Part shown: one piece after another, positions 10,887-21,105 of the stretch | Layout: the number at the start of each line of letters is the position of its first letter | Position numbering within the stretch: position 1 is the first letter of the stretch | Source: Negativicoccus succinicivorans | GTDB lineage: Bacteria; Bacillota; Negativicutes; Veillonellales; Negativicoccaceae | Length of the DNA stretch: 64,000 bases | NCBI RefSeq assembly: GCF_018372215.1 | Contig: NZ_JAHAJN010000001.1 | Location: 85,801 to 149,800, forward strand | Direction: 5' to 3' | Notes under the pieces: model-generated | The model's input: the letters and a program-made list of their open reading frames with translations, nothing else | What the model was told of the DNA's origin: nothing | Database searches by the model: none | Program-made: the position numbers and the translations under genes

Positions 10887-12672
10887 ATATATTCGTAATT
10901 TTTCGATCATCGCACATATTGACCATGGCAAGTCGACGCTGGCGGATCGCCTGATTGAAATTACCGGTGCTTTATCCCAGCGGGAGATGCAAGCACAGGT
11001 ATTGGACAATATGGAATTGGAAAAAGAACGGGGTATCACGATTAAATCACAATCCGTTCGTTTGCATTACCATGCCAAAGATGGCAAAGATTACATGTTG
11101 CATTTAATTGATACGCCCGGGCATGTCGATTTTAATTATGAAGTTTCCCGCAGCCTTTCTGCGTGTGAAGGGGTGCTTTTGGTTGTAGATGCAACCCAGG
11201 GAGTGCAGGCGCAAACCTTAGCCAATGTTTATTTGGCAGTGGATCATGATTTAGAGATTATTCCGGTCGTTAACAAGGTAGATTTACCAAGTGCAAATAC
11301 CGACTTGGTAAAAGCCGAGATCGAAAATGTTATCGGTCTTGATGCGCACGATGCCGCGATGATCTCCGCCAAGACAGGGTTGGGTGTACCAGATGTTCTG
11401 GAACAAATCGTCAAACGAATTCCTTCACCACCGGATTATAGCGATCGACCGTTGAAGGCGCTGGTATATGATTCTCATTTTGATCCTTACAAAGGTATTA
11501 TTGCTTACGTGCGAATCCATGAAGGGTCTGTCAAAGTGGGAGACCAAATACGGATGATGGCGACGGGCAAATCATTTGAGGTGACGGAAGTCGGATTTTT
11601 TGCGCCGCGAATGATGCCTACCCGGGAATTGAGTTGCGGTACGGTAGGGTATTTGGCTGCAAGCATTAAAAATGTTCACGACTGTCGAGTCGGCGATACG
11701 ATTACGACAGTGGAAAATGGTGCTGCCGAACCACTGCCCGGTTATCGTAAGGCGACCCCGATGGTGTATTGCGGATTGTATCCGGTGGACAGCAAAGATT
11801 ACGGCAATTTACGCGATGCATTGGACAAGCTGAATTTAAATGATGCGTCGCTGGTATATGAAGCAGAAACTTCGCTTGCGTTGGGGTTCGGATTCCGCTG
11901 CGGCTTTCTCGGTTTGTTGCATATGGACGTAATCCAAGAACGTCTGGAACGAGAATATCAGTTGAATTTGATCACGACAGCACCTTCGGTTATTTATCAT
12001 GTCTATACCACGGACGGAAACATGATCGCAGTAGACAACCCCGCTCATTTGCCTGATCCGACGGTAATTGATCATATCGAGGAGCCGTTTGTAAAGGCTA
12101 CCATCATGCTACCGTCCGATCTTGTCGGAGCCGTCATGGAACTTGCGCAGGAACGTCGCGGTGAGTATCATACAATGACATACATTGACGAGACTCGGGT
12201 CGCACTCGAGTACTATTTACCGTTGAATGAAATCATTTACGATTTCTTTGACAAGCTGAAATCCGGAACACGGGGCTATGCGTCTTTGGATTATGAGCTC
12301 TTTGGGTATAGACCGGCGGATATGGTCAAACTCGATATTCTGCTGAATGGAGACTTAGTGGATGCGTTGAGTACTATCGTTCACCGAAGCTCGGCACCGT
12401 CACGCGGTCGGGCACTGGCATTGAAGCTGAAAGATATTATTCCGCGCCAAATGTTCGAAATTCCGATTCAAGCGGCAATAGGCAATAAAATTATTGCTCG
12501 TGAAACCGTTAAAGCGATGCGCAAAGATGTACTTTCAAAATGTTATGGCGGCGATATCACACGTAAACGCAAACTGCTCGAAAAACAAAAAGAAGGTAAG
12601 AAGCGCATGAAGCAGGTCGGCAGCGTTGAGATTCCGCAAGAGGCGTTTATGGCGATTTTGAAAGACGATTAA
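10876..12672 (+). CDS. lepA: Elongation factor 4 (LepA)
   Basis: GTP-binding N-terminus [21 protein letters not shown]. 598 aa. GTG start. Confidence 0.95.
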   Translation: MSTEYIRNFSIIAHIDHGKSTLADRLIEITGALSQREMQAQVLDNMELEKERGITIKSQSVRLHYHAKDGKDYMLHLIDTPGHVDFNYEVSRSLSACEGVLLVVDATQGVQAQTLANVYLAVDHDLEIIPVVNKVDLPSANTDLVKAEIENVIGLDAHDAAMISAKTGLGVPDVLEQIVKRIPSPPDYSDRPLKALVYDSHFDPYKGIIAYVRIHEGSVKVGDQIRMMATGKSFEVTEVGFFAPRMMPTRELSCGTVGYLAASIKNVHDCRVGDTITTVENGAAEPLPGYRKATPMVYCGLYPVDSKDYGNLRDALDKLNLNDASLVYEAETSLALGFGFRCGFLGLLHMDVIQERLEREYQLNLITTAPSVIYHVYTTDGNMIAVDNPAHLPDPTVIDHIEEPFVKATIMLPSDLVGAVMELAQERRGEYHTMTYIDETRVALEYYLPLNEIIYDFFDKLKSGTRGYASLDYELFGYRPADMVKLDILLNGDLVDALSTIVHRSSAPSRGRALALKLKDIIPRQMFEIPIQAAIGNKIIARETVKAMRKDVLSKCYGGDITRKRKLLEKQKEGKKRMKQVGSVEIPQEAFMAILKDD

Positions 12673-12673
12673 G

Positions 12674-13813
12674 ATGAGCACAGGAATTTATGTTCATATT
12701 CCTTTTTGCGCAAGCCACTGTCATTATTGCCATTTTTACTCTGCCGTGGTTCGCGAAGAAATGTATGATTTTTACTTGGCGGCATTGTTGAAAGAAATTG
12801 CCAATCGACCGCTGAGTTCCTTTTCCGATCATGTGGACAGCATTTACTTTGGGGGCGGGACACCGTCCCTTTTTGGCGTGCAACGAATTCATGACGTGTT
12901 ATTGGCACTCCGTGAACGCTTTGCTGTACAGAACACCGCGGAAGTAACTTTGGAAATGAATCCCGACGGGATCACTCGCAGTGATTTAGAAGCTTACTAT
13001 GCGGCAGGGATTAATCGTTTAAGCGTAGGGGTACAAACCTTTCGTGATGATTTACTGCAGCGGATCGGACGTATCCACCGCGCGCAGGACGCTCGACGGG
13101 TTATCAAAGATGCGGCATACATCGGTTTTAAAAATATCACTCTTGATTTAATGTATGGTCTTCCCGGACAATCCGCCGCCGATTTTAAAGAGTCGCTCGT
13201 GAAGGCGGTGCACTTACCGATCACGCATATTTCCGTTTACGGATTGATTGTTGAACCGGGGACTTTATTTGCTCGGTTGGCAGAACGAGGGCGCTTGGTC
13301 TTGCCGCCGGAAGAAACCGAATGGGAAATGTATCAGACTATGGTACGTACGCTACCGCAATATGGTTTCTCTCGTTATGAAATTGCCAATTTTGCAAAAT
13401 CAGGCTACGAAGCAGTACATAATCAAAAATATTGGCGCTATGAACCGTATATCGGGTTCGGTGCGGCCGCTGTTTCCTTTGATGGAAATGTTCGCTACAG
13501 CCATGTTGCGGATTGGCAGGCCTATATAAAGCAGATCGACAGTGCGCGATGGATACCGCAAGACGTAGAAAGCATTGACCGTCAAACCGCAATGGAAGAA
13601 TATTGCTTCATGAATTTACGCCGTCGGAGCGGTATTTCCATGTCCTCGTTTGCCACTAAATTTGGTGTTACACTTCAGGAAACTTATGGAAAAGAATTAC
13701 AAACACTGCTGGAAGAAAGGCTTTTGTATCGTGCTACCGCCGATACGATAACACTTACACGCCGTGGCGCAGAAGTGGCTAACCAAGTGTTTACTTACTT
13801 TATCCGCACATAA
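12674..13813 (+). CDS. hemW: Radical SAM heme chaperone HemW (HemN-like, oxygen-independent coproporphyrinogen oxidase family)
   Basis: CxxxCxxC radical-SAM motif (FCASHCHYCHF) plus a HemN C-terminal domain. The lepA-hemN adjacency matches Bacillus. Confidence 0.85.
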   Translation: MSTGIYVHIPFCASHCHYCHFYSAVVREEMYDFYLAALLKEIANRPLSSFSDHVDSIYFGGGTPSLFGVQRIHDVLLALRERFAVQNTAEVTLEMNPDGITRSDLEAYYAAGINRLSVGVQTFRDDLLQRIGRIHRAQDARRVIKDAAYIGFKNITLDLMYGLPGQSAADFKESLVKAVHLPITHISVYGLIVEPGTLFARLAERGRLVLPPEETEWEMYQTMVRTLPQYGFSRYEIANFAKSGYEAVHNQKYWRYEPYIGFGAAAVSFDGNVRYSHVADWQAYIKQIDSARWIPQDVESIDRQTAMEEYCFMNLRRRSGISMSSFATKFGVTLQETYGKELQTLLEERLLYRATADTITLTRRGAEVANQVFTYFIRT

Positions 13814-13825
13814 AAACAAAATAAT

Positions 13826-13854
13826 TTGACTTTTTCACCTTTTCATGATAAATT
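13826..13854 (+). promoter_or_regulatory. Putative sigma-A promoter of the hrcA operon (TTGACT, 17 bp, TAAATT)
   Basis: Hexamers read directly. The position just upstream of CIRCE is as in other Firmicutes. Confidence 0.35.
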
Positions 13855-13865
13855 ATGTAATAGAT

Positions 13866-13892
13866 TTAGCACTCGACGGATAAGAGTGCTAA
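13866..13892 (+). promoter_or_regulatory. CIRCE operator (HrcA binding site), a perfect match to the consensus TTAGCACTC-N9-GAGTGCTAA
   Basis: The sequence ttagcactc gacggataa gagtgctaa lies 20 nt upstream of the hrcA start. Confidence 0.92.
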
Positions 13893-13911
13893 TAAGACAG
13901 AGGTGATAACG

Positions 13912-14949
13912 ATGAAAGAACGTAAACAAATTATTTTACGTGCGATCGTTCAAAGCTATATTGCCACTGCCGAGCCGGTCGGCTCACGTACGATTGCTCG
14001 AATTTATGATTTAGGTATCAGTCCGGCTACCATACGTAACGAAATGCAGGATTTGGAATGGATGGGGTATTTAGAGCAACCGCATACTTCTGCCGGCCGT
14101 ATTCCTTCACTAAAGGGGTATCGGTTTTATGTGGACAGCCTAATGCAACCGGGTGAAGTCAGTCGGGAAGAAGCGACTGCGATTAAGGACTGGTTTACCT
14201 TTGAGAACACGCAAACACAAGAAATTTTTAGTGAAGCGGCTCGTATTTTATCAGGCCTGACGCATAATCTTTCGTTGGCTGTGACAGATGAGTCGCAACA
14301 TGCGGTTTTCAATTACATCCAATTTTTACCGCTGGATGACAACCGCGCCATTTTGCTCCTCGTAACGACTGACGGCAGCGTGGATCATTCCACGTTTATA
14401 ATGCCCGCCGGGGTGACGTTGTTGAAGTTGCAGGATTTTGCGTTGCAGCTGAATCGCGCGTTACATGGGCGTGAATTGCGGGAGATTACTACAGAACTTA
14501 TGCAGGAATTGCAGCAGGACTTTTGGGTCGAACCCCAAGTGATGTTCAGTACGCTGGATACGATTCAGAACACGGTCGGCAAGAATCGCGAAATTTTTAC
14601 CGACGGTGTCAGTGAGTTAATTCGCCAGCCGGAGTTTAAGGACTTGGGCAAGTTGCAAGAGTTGATGCAACTTTTGGAAGAGAGCAAGCAACTCGCTGAT
14701 CTTATAAGCCATTCGCCGTCGACTGCGCTTACAGTACGCATCGGGCCGGAAACGGGGATTGCCGCATTGCATAACTATAGTGTGGTACAAGCACAATTTT
14801 TTGATCAACAAAAACTGGTAGGTAGCGTAGCGGTCATCGGGCCGACACGCATGGAATATGATAAAATTGTTTCGCTGTTGCATATGATGCAGCAAAAAGT
14901 GAATTTCGTCTTACGAACAGGAAAAGCAGATGGAGATGAGGTGCGTTAA
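13912..14949 (+). CDS. hrcA: Heat-inducible transcription repressor HrcA
   Basis: Winged-helix N-terminus ERKQIILRAIVQSYIATAEPVGSRTIA. I chose ATG 13912 (GAGGTG RBS) over GTG 13903. Confidence 0.9.
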   Translation: MKERKQIILRAIVQSYIATAEPVGSRTIARIYDLGISPATIRNEMQDLEWMGYLEQPHTSAGRIPSLKGYRFYVDSLMQPGEVSREEATAIKDWFTFENTQTQEIFSEAARILSGLTHNLSLAVTDESQHAVFNYIQFLPLDDNRAILLLVTTDGSVDHSTFIMPAGVTLLKLQDFALQLNRALHGRELREITTELMQELQQDFWVEPQVMFSTLDTIQNTVGKNREIFTDGVSELIRQPEFKDLGKLQELMQLLEESKQLADLISHSPSTALTVRIGPETGIAALHNYSVVQAQFFDQQKLVGSVAVIGPTRMEYDKIVSLLHMMQQKVNFVLRTGKADGDEVR

Positions 14950-15507
14950 TTGAATCCGGAATACAAGGAAGAACAAAACAAAGCAACCGAAGTCGATGGA
15001 GATACGGTTGACGAATCGAAAATTGTCGGTGAACAGGAAGACTCTGCATTCGCGGCAGAGATTGCTGAGTTGACACAAAAGTGGGAAGACAGTGAACGCT
15101 TACGCTTACGTTTGCAAGCTGATTTTGATAACGCCCGAAGGCGTTATCGTCAAGAGCGTGCAGAACTGAACGACAGCGCGCAAGCGGAAGTGATTACAAG
15201 TTTATTGCCGATTTTAGATGAGTTTGAAAGAGCCTTGTCACATCCTGTAGAAGGTGTAGATGAAAAATTTTTAGAAGGATTTCAGCTGATTTATCGTAAG
15301 TTGGTGGATTTACTGAAAGCCTATAAAGTGGAAGAAATCCTTGCTTTAGGTGAGCAGATGGATCCGAATTATCATGAAGCCGTCATGCGTCTGGCGACCG
15401 ACGATAAACCGGAAGGGGAAATTACCGCGGTATTCAAAAAAGGTTACCGCATGAATGATAAAGTACTACGCGCAGCACAGGTGCAAGTAGCGCACCAAGA
15501 AGACTAA
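14950..15507 (+). CDS. grpE: Nucleotide exchange factor GrpE
   Basis: Coiled-coil region plus the GrpE C-terminus (DPNYHEAVM...). TTG start directly after the hrcA stop. Position between hrcA and dnaK. Confidence 0.85.
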   Translation: MNPEYKEEQNKATEVDGDTVDESKIVGEQEDSAFAAEIAELTQKWEDSERLRLRLQADFDNARRRYRQERAELNDSAQAEVITSLLPILDEFERALSHPVEGVDEKFLEGFQLIYRKLVDLLKAYKVEEILALGEQMDPNYHEAVMRLATDDKPEGEITAVFKKGYRMNDKVLRAAQVQVAHQED

Positions 15508-15521
15508 GGGGGAAATTTAGA

Positions 15522-17372
15522 ATGGGAAAAGTAATAGGCATTGACTTAGGTACAACCAACTCGGTAGTCGCGGTTATGGAAGGCGGCGAACCGGTAGTTA
15601 TTACAAATGCGGAAGGCTCGCGCTTAACACCGTCGGTCGTCGGCTTTTCGAAGACCGGTGAGCGTTTAGTGGGACAACTTGCGAAACGCCAAGCAGTATC
15701 CAATCCGGATCGTACAATCAGTTCCATTAAACGTCACATGGGAACCGATTATAAAGTAAACATCGATGACAAAGCGTATACGCCGCAGGAAATTTCCGCG
15801 ATGGTTTTGCAAAAGCTCAAACAGGATGCGGAAGCATACTTGGGAGAAAAAGTAGAAAAAGCTGTTATCACGGTGCCGGCATACTTTACAGACAGTCAGC
15901 GCCAAGCTACAAAAGACGCCGGCGCGATTGCCGGTCTGGAAGTATTACGTATTATCAATGAACCGACGGCAGCCGCATTAGCGTATGGACTTGATAAAGA
16001 TGAAGCGCACACCATTCTTGTGTTCGACTTGGGTGGCGGTACGTTTGACGTTTCCATTCTGGATCTGGCCGAAGGCGTTTTTGAAGTCAAAGCTACGCAG
16101 GGAAACAACCATCTCGGTGGTGATGACTTCGATAAAAAGGTTATGGACTGGATTATCGGAGAATTCAAAAAGACCAATGGTGTCGACTTGAGCCGGGACA
16201 AAATGGCATTGCAGCGTTTAAAAGAAGCAGCGGAAAAAGCAAAGATTGAATTGTCCGGCGTGCTCTCTACAAATATCAACTTGCCATTTATTTCGGCCGA
16301 CTCCAACGGTCAGCCGATGCACTTGGACTTGAATCTTTCCCGTGCTAAATTCAATGAATTAACCGAAGATTTGGTACAGGCAACTATGGAGCCGACCCGT
16401 AAAGCGATTGCGGATTCGGGATTGGCAGTAAGGGACATTGACAAGATTCTTTTGGTTGGCGGATCCAGTCGTATCCCGGCTGTTCAGGAAGCGATCCAAA
16501 AAATCTTGGGCAAAGAACCCAGCAAAGGTATTAACCCTGATGAATCGGTAGCGATCGGTGCAGCGGTTCAGGCTGGCGTATTAGTCGGTGAAGTCAAAGA
16601 CGTGCTGCTGCTGGATGTTACCCCACTTTCCTTGGGGATTGAAACATTGGGCGGAGTATTCACGAAAATTATTGATCGCAATACGACCATCCCGACGTCG
16701 AAGAGCCAAGTATTCTCGACCGCGGCGGATAATCAGCCTGCCGTAGACATTCATGTCTTGCAAGGCGAACGTAACATGGCAGCGGATAATAAGACGCTGG
16801 GCCGTTTTGAACTGAGCGGCATTCCTGCGGCACCTCGTGGAGTACCACAAATTCAGGTTACTTTTGATATTGATGCGAATGGTATCGTACATGTATCCGC
16901 TAAAGACTTGGGCACCGGTAAAGAACAGACAATTACAATTACGTCTTCGAGCGGCCTTTCCGACGATGAAATTGAGCGCATGGTAAAAGAGGCGAAATTG
17001 CACGAAGAGGAAGACGAAAAGAAAAAAGAAGAAGTGGAAGTTCGCAATAATGCCGACTCTTTAGTTTACCAAGGAGAAAAAACGCTGAAAGACCTTGGTG
17101 ATAAAGTTGATGCGGCACAAAAACAAAAAGTAGAAACGGCGATTGCCGATCTGAAAGAAGCGCTGGCCGGTACTGATGTAGAGGCCATTAAAGCGAAGGC
17201 GGAAGCATTAAGCACACCGCTGCACGAGTTGGCAAGCAAGTTGTATGAACAGGCCAATGCACAACAACAGTCGCAGGCAAATAACGGTCAGCAACAAACA
17301 ACGCAACAGGAGACGAATGACGGCACCGTCGATGGCGATTACAAAGTCATGGACGATGAAGATAAAAAATAA
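15522..17372 (+). CDS. dnaK: Molecular chaperone DnaK (Hsp70)
   Basis: GIDLGTTNS and DLGGGTFD motifs. 616 aa. Confidence 0.97.
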   Translation: MGKVIGIDLGTTNSVVAVMEGGEPVVITNAEGSRLTPSVVGFSKTGERLVGQLAKRQAVSNPDRTISSIKRHMGTDYKVNIDDKAYTPQEISAMVLQKLKQDAEAYLGEKVEKAVITVPAYFTDSQRQATKDAGAIAGLEVLRIINEPTAAALAYGLDKDEAHTILVFDLGGGTFDVSILDLAEGVFEVKATQGNNHLGGDDFDKKVMDWIIGEFKKTNGVDLSRDKMALQRLKEAAEKAKIELSGVLSTNINLPFISADSNGQPMHLDLNLSRAKFNELTEDLVQATMEPTRKAIADSGLAVRDIDKILLVGGSSRIPAVQEAIQKILGKEPSKGINPDESVAIGAAVQAGVLVGEVKDVLLLDVTPLSLGIETLGGVFTKIIDRNTTIPTSKSQVFSTAADNQPAVDIHVLQGERNMAADNKTLGRFELSGIPAAPRGVPQIQVTFDIDANGIVHVSAKDLGTGKEQTITITSSSGLSDDEIERMVKEAKLHEEEDEKKKEEVEVRNNADSLVYQGEKTLKDLGDKVDAAQKQKVETAIADLKEALAGTDVEAIKAKAEALSTPLHELASKLYEQANAQQQSQANNGQQQTTQQETNDGTVDGDYKVMDDEDKK

Positions 17373-17390
17373 TGACAGAGGAAGTTTGGC

Positions 17391-18545
17391 ATGAGCGATC
17401 AGAATTATTATGACGTACTGGGGGTCAATAAGGACGCCAGTGCTGATGAGATAAAAAAAGCTTACCGTAAAATGGCTCGGAAATATCATCCTGATTTAAA
17501 TAAGGATGATCCGAAAACAGCGGAAGCCAAATTTAAAGAGGTCAATGAAGCCTATGAAACGCTTTCGGATGAATCCAAGCGTGCGCAGTATGACCAATTT
17601 GGTCATACTGCGTATCAGCAGGCCGGTCAAACGGGCGGCTTCGGTGGTTTCGGCGGTTTCGGCGGAGCGCAAGGCGGATTTGGCGGATTCGGTGATTTGG
17701 GTGACATCTTCGGCAGCTTTTTCGGCGGTGGTGGAGCTCGGCAAACGGGGCCGATACGCGGCGCGGATTTGCGCTACGATTTGGAAATCACTTTGGAAGA
17801 AGCCGCTGTGGGCGTAGAAAAAGAATTTAGTATTGTCAAAGACGAAGTTTGCCCCCATTGTCACGGTGATGGTGCCGAACCGGGAACCAGCGTGCAAACC
17901 TGTCCGCAATGTCACGGTACCGGGCAGGAGCAAGTCGTACGGAATACGCCCTTAGGTCAAATGATGAGTGTGCATACCTGTTCGCGTTGCCAAGGTCGAG
18001 GAAAAGTTATCGAGTCTCCGTGTCATGAATGTCGCGGCAGCGGTAAAGTTCAGAAAAAACGTAAGCTTCGCGTGAAAATTCCAGCCGGTGTGGACACCGA
18101 TTCGCGGATTCGTTTAGCCGGTGAAGGCGGTTTAGGAGAACGCGGCGGGGAAACGGGCGATTTGTATGTGTATATCTATGTTCAGCCACATGCGCGTTTC
18201 CAACGTCGTGGTGCGGATCTTTTTTGTGAAGCGGAAGTCTCGTTTCCGACAGCCGCTATGGGGGGGACGATTCAGCTCGACACGCTGTTCGGCAAAGTGG
18301 AGTTAAAAATTCCCCACGGCACTCCCGGAGGAAAGACATTTCGTCTTTCCGGTCAAGGACTGCCATCGTTGCGAAGCGATCGCAAAGGCGATTTAAATGT
18401 ACGGGTCACGATCGGCGTACCGCGCAGTTTATCCTCCGAGCAGCGAGCGGCTTTGCTGAAATACAGCGAGTGCATGGGCGACAGCACCGTCAATAAAGAA
18501 GAACCGTCTTTTTTTGATAAACTGAAGGATAAATTGAATAATTAG
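17391..18545 (+). CDS. dnaJ: Molecular chaperone DnaJ
   Basis: J-domain with HPD motif, G/F-rich linker, four CxxCxGxG zinc-finger repeats. Confidence 0.95.
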   Translation: MSDQNYYDVLGVNKDASADEIKKAYRKMARKYHPDLNKDDPKTAEAKFKEVNEAYETLSDESKRAQYDQFGHTAYQQAGQTGGFGGFGGFGGAQGGFGGFGDLGDIFGSFFGGGGARQTGPIRGADLRYDLEITLEEAAVGVEKEFSIVKDEVCPHCHGDGAEPGTSVQTCPQCHGTGQEQVVRNTPLGQMMSVHTCSRCQGRGKVIESPCHECRGSGKVQKKRKLRVKIPAGVDTDSRIRLAGEGGLGERGGETGDLYVYIYVQPHARFQRRGADLFCEAEVSFPTAAMGGTIQLDTLFGKVELKIPHGTPGGKTFRLSGQGLPSLRSDRKGDLNVRVTIGVPRSLSSEQRAALLKYSECMGDSTVNKEEPSFFDKLKDKLNN

Positions 18546-18548
18546 TAA

Positions 18549-18580
18549 AAAAACGAGACGCGGACGCGCCTCGTTTTTCT
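18549..18580 (+). terminator. Rho-independent terminator after dnaJ (acgagacgcggacgcgcctcgttttt)
   Basis: GC-rich hairpin followed by T5. Confidence 0.6.
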
Positions 18581-18608
18581 TGCATGACAAGTAAAAAAAC
18601 ATTACAAT
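18580..18608 (+). promoter_or_regulatory. Putative sigma-A promoter for mtaB (TTGCAT, 17 bp, TACAAT)
   Basis: Hexamers and spacing read directly. Sits about 40 nt upstream of the TTG start. Confidence 0.45.
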
Positions 18609-18646
18609 GAATCAAATTACTAAATTGCGACGGAGAGGAAATCAAT

Positions 18647-19957
18647 TTGAAGACAGTTTCGTTTTTAACCCTGGGTTGTAAAGTAAATCAGTATGACACC
18701 GATGCGATGCGCAGCCTTTTTTTTGCGCGCGGATATGAAGAGGTATCTGCGAAAGACAAAGCGGATATTTGTGTCATTAATACCTGTTCGGTAACGCATA
18801 TCGGTGAACGCAAATCGCGTCAAATGATTCGTCGTGCCAAACGTTTGAATCCGCAGACAAAAATTATTGTGACGGGTTGCTATGCACAACTGGATCCGAA
18901 AACAATTCAACAAATTGACGGGGTTAATCTGATTATCGGTACGCAGGATCGAGCCAAGGTGGTCGATTTGATTGAGGCGTACGGATCTTCTTCACAAGCG
19001 CATAATGCGGTGCATGATATTTTTGAAACGAGTCAATTCGAAGAATTGAATTGGGCACATCCGGCTTCCAATCGTGCCCGTTCATACTTAAAAATTCAAG
19101 AAGGTTGCAACAATTATTGCGCCTTTTGCATTATTCCTTATACTCGTGGTAAATTGAAATCCAGAGGAGTGGAAGATATTTATCATGAAGCTCGAAGATT
19201 GGATGAGCAAGGATTTAAAGAAGTCGTTTTAACGGGTATTCATTTGGGGAATTACGGCGTGGACCTGGGACGGCAAGTGGACTTGGCTGACGTTGTCAAG
19301 ATGCTGCTCGAGCGTACACATATTTCAAGAATTCGACTCGGTTCCATTGAATCGGTTGAGATTTCTGAAGAATTAGTGGATCTGATTGCCACGAATGAAC
19401 GTGTATGTCCACATCTGCACTTGCCTTTGCAATCGGGATCGGAAGAAATTTTGCGGAAAATGCGCCGTCATTATCATCTGCAAGAATATGTGGATCTTAT
19501 TTCATCATTACGTGCAAGAATTCCCGATTTGGCAGTTACTACTGACCTAATCGTAGGCTTTCCCGGCGAAACGGCAGAGCTTTTTACGGAAACGATGGCA
19601 ACGTTGAAAAAATTGCGTTTTGCAGGTGTGCACGTGTTTCCTTATTCCAAGCGCAACGGTACGGCGGCAGCGAAGTTTCCGGATCAAGTTCCTGAAGCGG
19701 TTAAAAAAGAGCGAGTGCATGCCGCAGAAAAAGTGGCGGAGCAAACGGCCACTGATTATCGGCGCTTTTTTATCGGGAAAACCACGAATGTTTTATTGGA
19801 ACAACAAACGGAAGATGGTGCATGGAAAGGCTTTACACCTCATTATTGCCAGCTAAAAATCAAAGGCGAGGGACTGAAAGCAGGTATGATTTGTTCGACA
19901 CGAGTCGTCTCTGACGACGGAGCCATGTTGATCGGAGAAAGAATCGAGGAGGGGTAA
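18647..19957 (+). CDS. mtaB: tRNA t6A37 methylthiotransferase MtaB (YqeV)
   Basis: MTTase N-terminal domain (LGCKVNQYDT), radical SAM motif CNNYCAFC, and TRAM domain. Conserved position after dnaJ. Confidence 0.85.
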   Translation: MKTVSFLTLGCKVNQYDTDAMRSLFFARGYEEVSAKDKADICVINTCSVTHIGERKSRQMIRRAKRLNPQTKIIVTGCYAQLDPKTIQQIDGVNLIIGTQDRAKVVDLIEAYGSSSQAHNAVHDIFETSQFEELNWAHPASNRARSYLKIQEGCNNYCAFCIIPYTRGKLKSRGVEDIYHEARRLDEQGFKEVVLTGIHLGNYGVDLGRQVDLADVVKMLLERTHISRIRLGSIESVEISEELVDLIATNERVCPHLHLPLQSGSEEILRKMRRHYHLQEYVDLISSLRARIPDLAVTTDLIVGFPGETAELFTETMATLKKLRFAGVHVFPYSKRNGTAAAKFPDQVPEAVKKERVHAAEKVAEQTATDYRRFFIGKTTNVLLEQQTEDGAWKGFTPHYCQLKIKGEGLKAGMICSTRVVSDDGAMLIGERIEEG

Positions 19958-19959
19958 CC

Positions 19960-20313
19960 ATGGAAGACTGTATTTTTTGTCAAATTGCAAACGGTACGAT
20001 TCCCAGTTCGAAAGTTTTTGAAAATGATGATTTTGTTGCCTTCAATGACCTTGCACCAACGGCACCGGTACATGTTTTGGTGGTACCTAAACAACATGTT
20101 CAAAGCATCAATCAAATTACGGATGCCGAAACGGAAGACCAATTTGCACATTTTTTCAGCACCGTACAAGCGGTGGCAAGCCAACTCGGCCTTACCGAAA
20201 ACGGCTATCGTGTCGTTATCAACACAGGTGCTGACGGTGGTCAGACGGTACCCCATTTTCATGCGCATATAATCGGCGGTAAGGCGTTAGGTTGGCCTCC
20301 GTTTGCAGATTGA
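19960..20313 (+). CDS. HIT family (histidine triad) nucleotide hydrolase
   Basis: CIFCQI...HxHxHxx motif (HFHAHIIGG). Confidence 0.85.
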   Translation: MEDCIFCQIANGTIPSSKVFENDDFVAFNDLAPTAPVHVLVVPKQHVQSINQITDAETEDQFAHFFSTVQAVASQLGLTENGYRVVINTGADGGQTVPHFHAHIIGGKALGWPPFAD

Positions 20314-20338
20314 CAAATGCAGCATCGGGGCTTATAAT
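20310..20338 (+). promoter_or_regulatory. Consensus sigma-A promoter for rpsU (TTGACA, 17 bp, TATAAT). The -35 overlaps the last codons of the HIT gene.
   Basis: Perfect hexamers with ideal spacing. Confidence 0.6.
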
Positions 20339-20389
20339 TTTAATTAGTGCAATTGCACCCCATAAGACTATTTGGAGGGAGGGATATCA

Positions 20390-20566
20390 ATGTCTGAAAT
20401 CAGAGTTAAAAAGGGCGAGTCTTTCGATAGTGCTCTTCGCAGATTTAAACGTTCCTGCCAAAAAGCCGGGGTTCTTTCTGAAGTAAGAAAACGCGAACAT
20501 TATGAAAAGCCGAGCGTTCGTCGTAAAAAGAAATCGGAAGCGGCCAGAAAACGTAAATTCAAATAA
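20390..20566 (+). CDS. rpsU: 30S ribosomal protein S21
   Basis: [21 protein letters not shown]... is canonical S21. GGAGGGAGGG RBS. The annotated upstream ATG at 20372 has no RBS. Confidence 0.9.
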   Translation: MSEIRVKKGESFDSALRRFKRSCQKAGVLSEVRKREHYEKPSVRRKKKSEAARKRKFK

Positions 20567-20583
20567 CGAGAAGGTGAAAGTTG

Positions 20584-21039
20584 ATGACCATTCAAGAAAC
20601 CCTGCAGCGTGACATGAAAGAGGCCATGAAGGCCAAAGAAGATGGCAAGCTTGCACTCTCGGTCATCCGCATGGCTCGCGCCGCGATTAAAAATGCTGAG
20701 ATTGACAGCTCTGCGCCTTTAGCAGAAGAAGATGTCATAGGTATTTTAGCGAAAGAAATGAAACTCCGGAAAGACTCTTTGGCGGAGTTTGAAAAATCAG
20801 ATCGTCATGATCTGATCACGCAAACTAAAGCAGAGATTGAAGTATTGAGTCGCTATTTGCCGCAGCCTGTCAGTGTAGAAGAAGTAAGTAATATTGTTGC
20901 CGAAACTGCTTCTCGATTAGCGCCTGAAGAACGTAATATGGGAGCTTTGATGAAAGCAGTTATGCCTCGACTGAAAGGTCGGGCAGAGGGCAAGGTCGTC
21001 AACCAGGCTGTACGTGAATGGTTGGCCGGCAATAAATAG
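20584..21039 (+). CDS. yqeY: GatB/YqeY domain-containing protein
   Basis: YqeY family sequence. Conserved rpsU-yqeY pair. Confidence 0.8.
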   Translation: MTIQETLQRDMKEAMKAKEDGKLALSVIRMARAAIKNAEIDSSAPLAEEDVIGILAKEMKLRKDSLAEFEKSDRHDLITQTKAEIEVLSRYLPQPVSVEEVSNIVAETASRLAPEERNMGALMKAVMPRLKGRAEGKVVNQAVREWLAGNK

Positions 21040-21056
21040 AATATTCGGTCAATGGG

Positions 21057-21092
21057 GACCTCAACTCGATATCGTGTTGAGGTCTTTTTATT
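21057..21092 (+). terminator. Rho-independent terminator after yqeY (gacctcaac...gttgaggtc followed by a T-run)
   Basis: 9-bp perfect stem followed by TTTTTATT. Confidence 0.6.
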
Positions 21093-21105
21093 GAGGAGGA
21101 ACCAA

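Noticed and set aside
17620-17740. Repetitive ggcggtttcggcgg... tract, a possible tandem-repeat element
   Set aside because: It is the Gly/Phe-rich linker of DnaJ, a normal coding feature.
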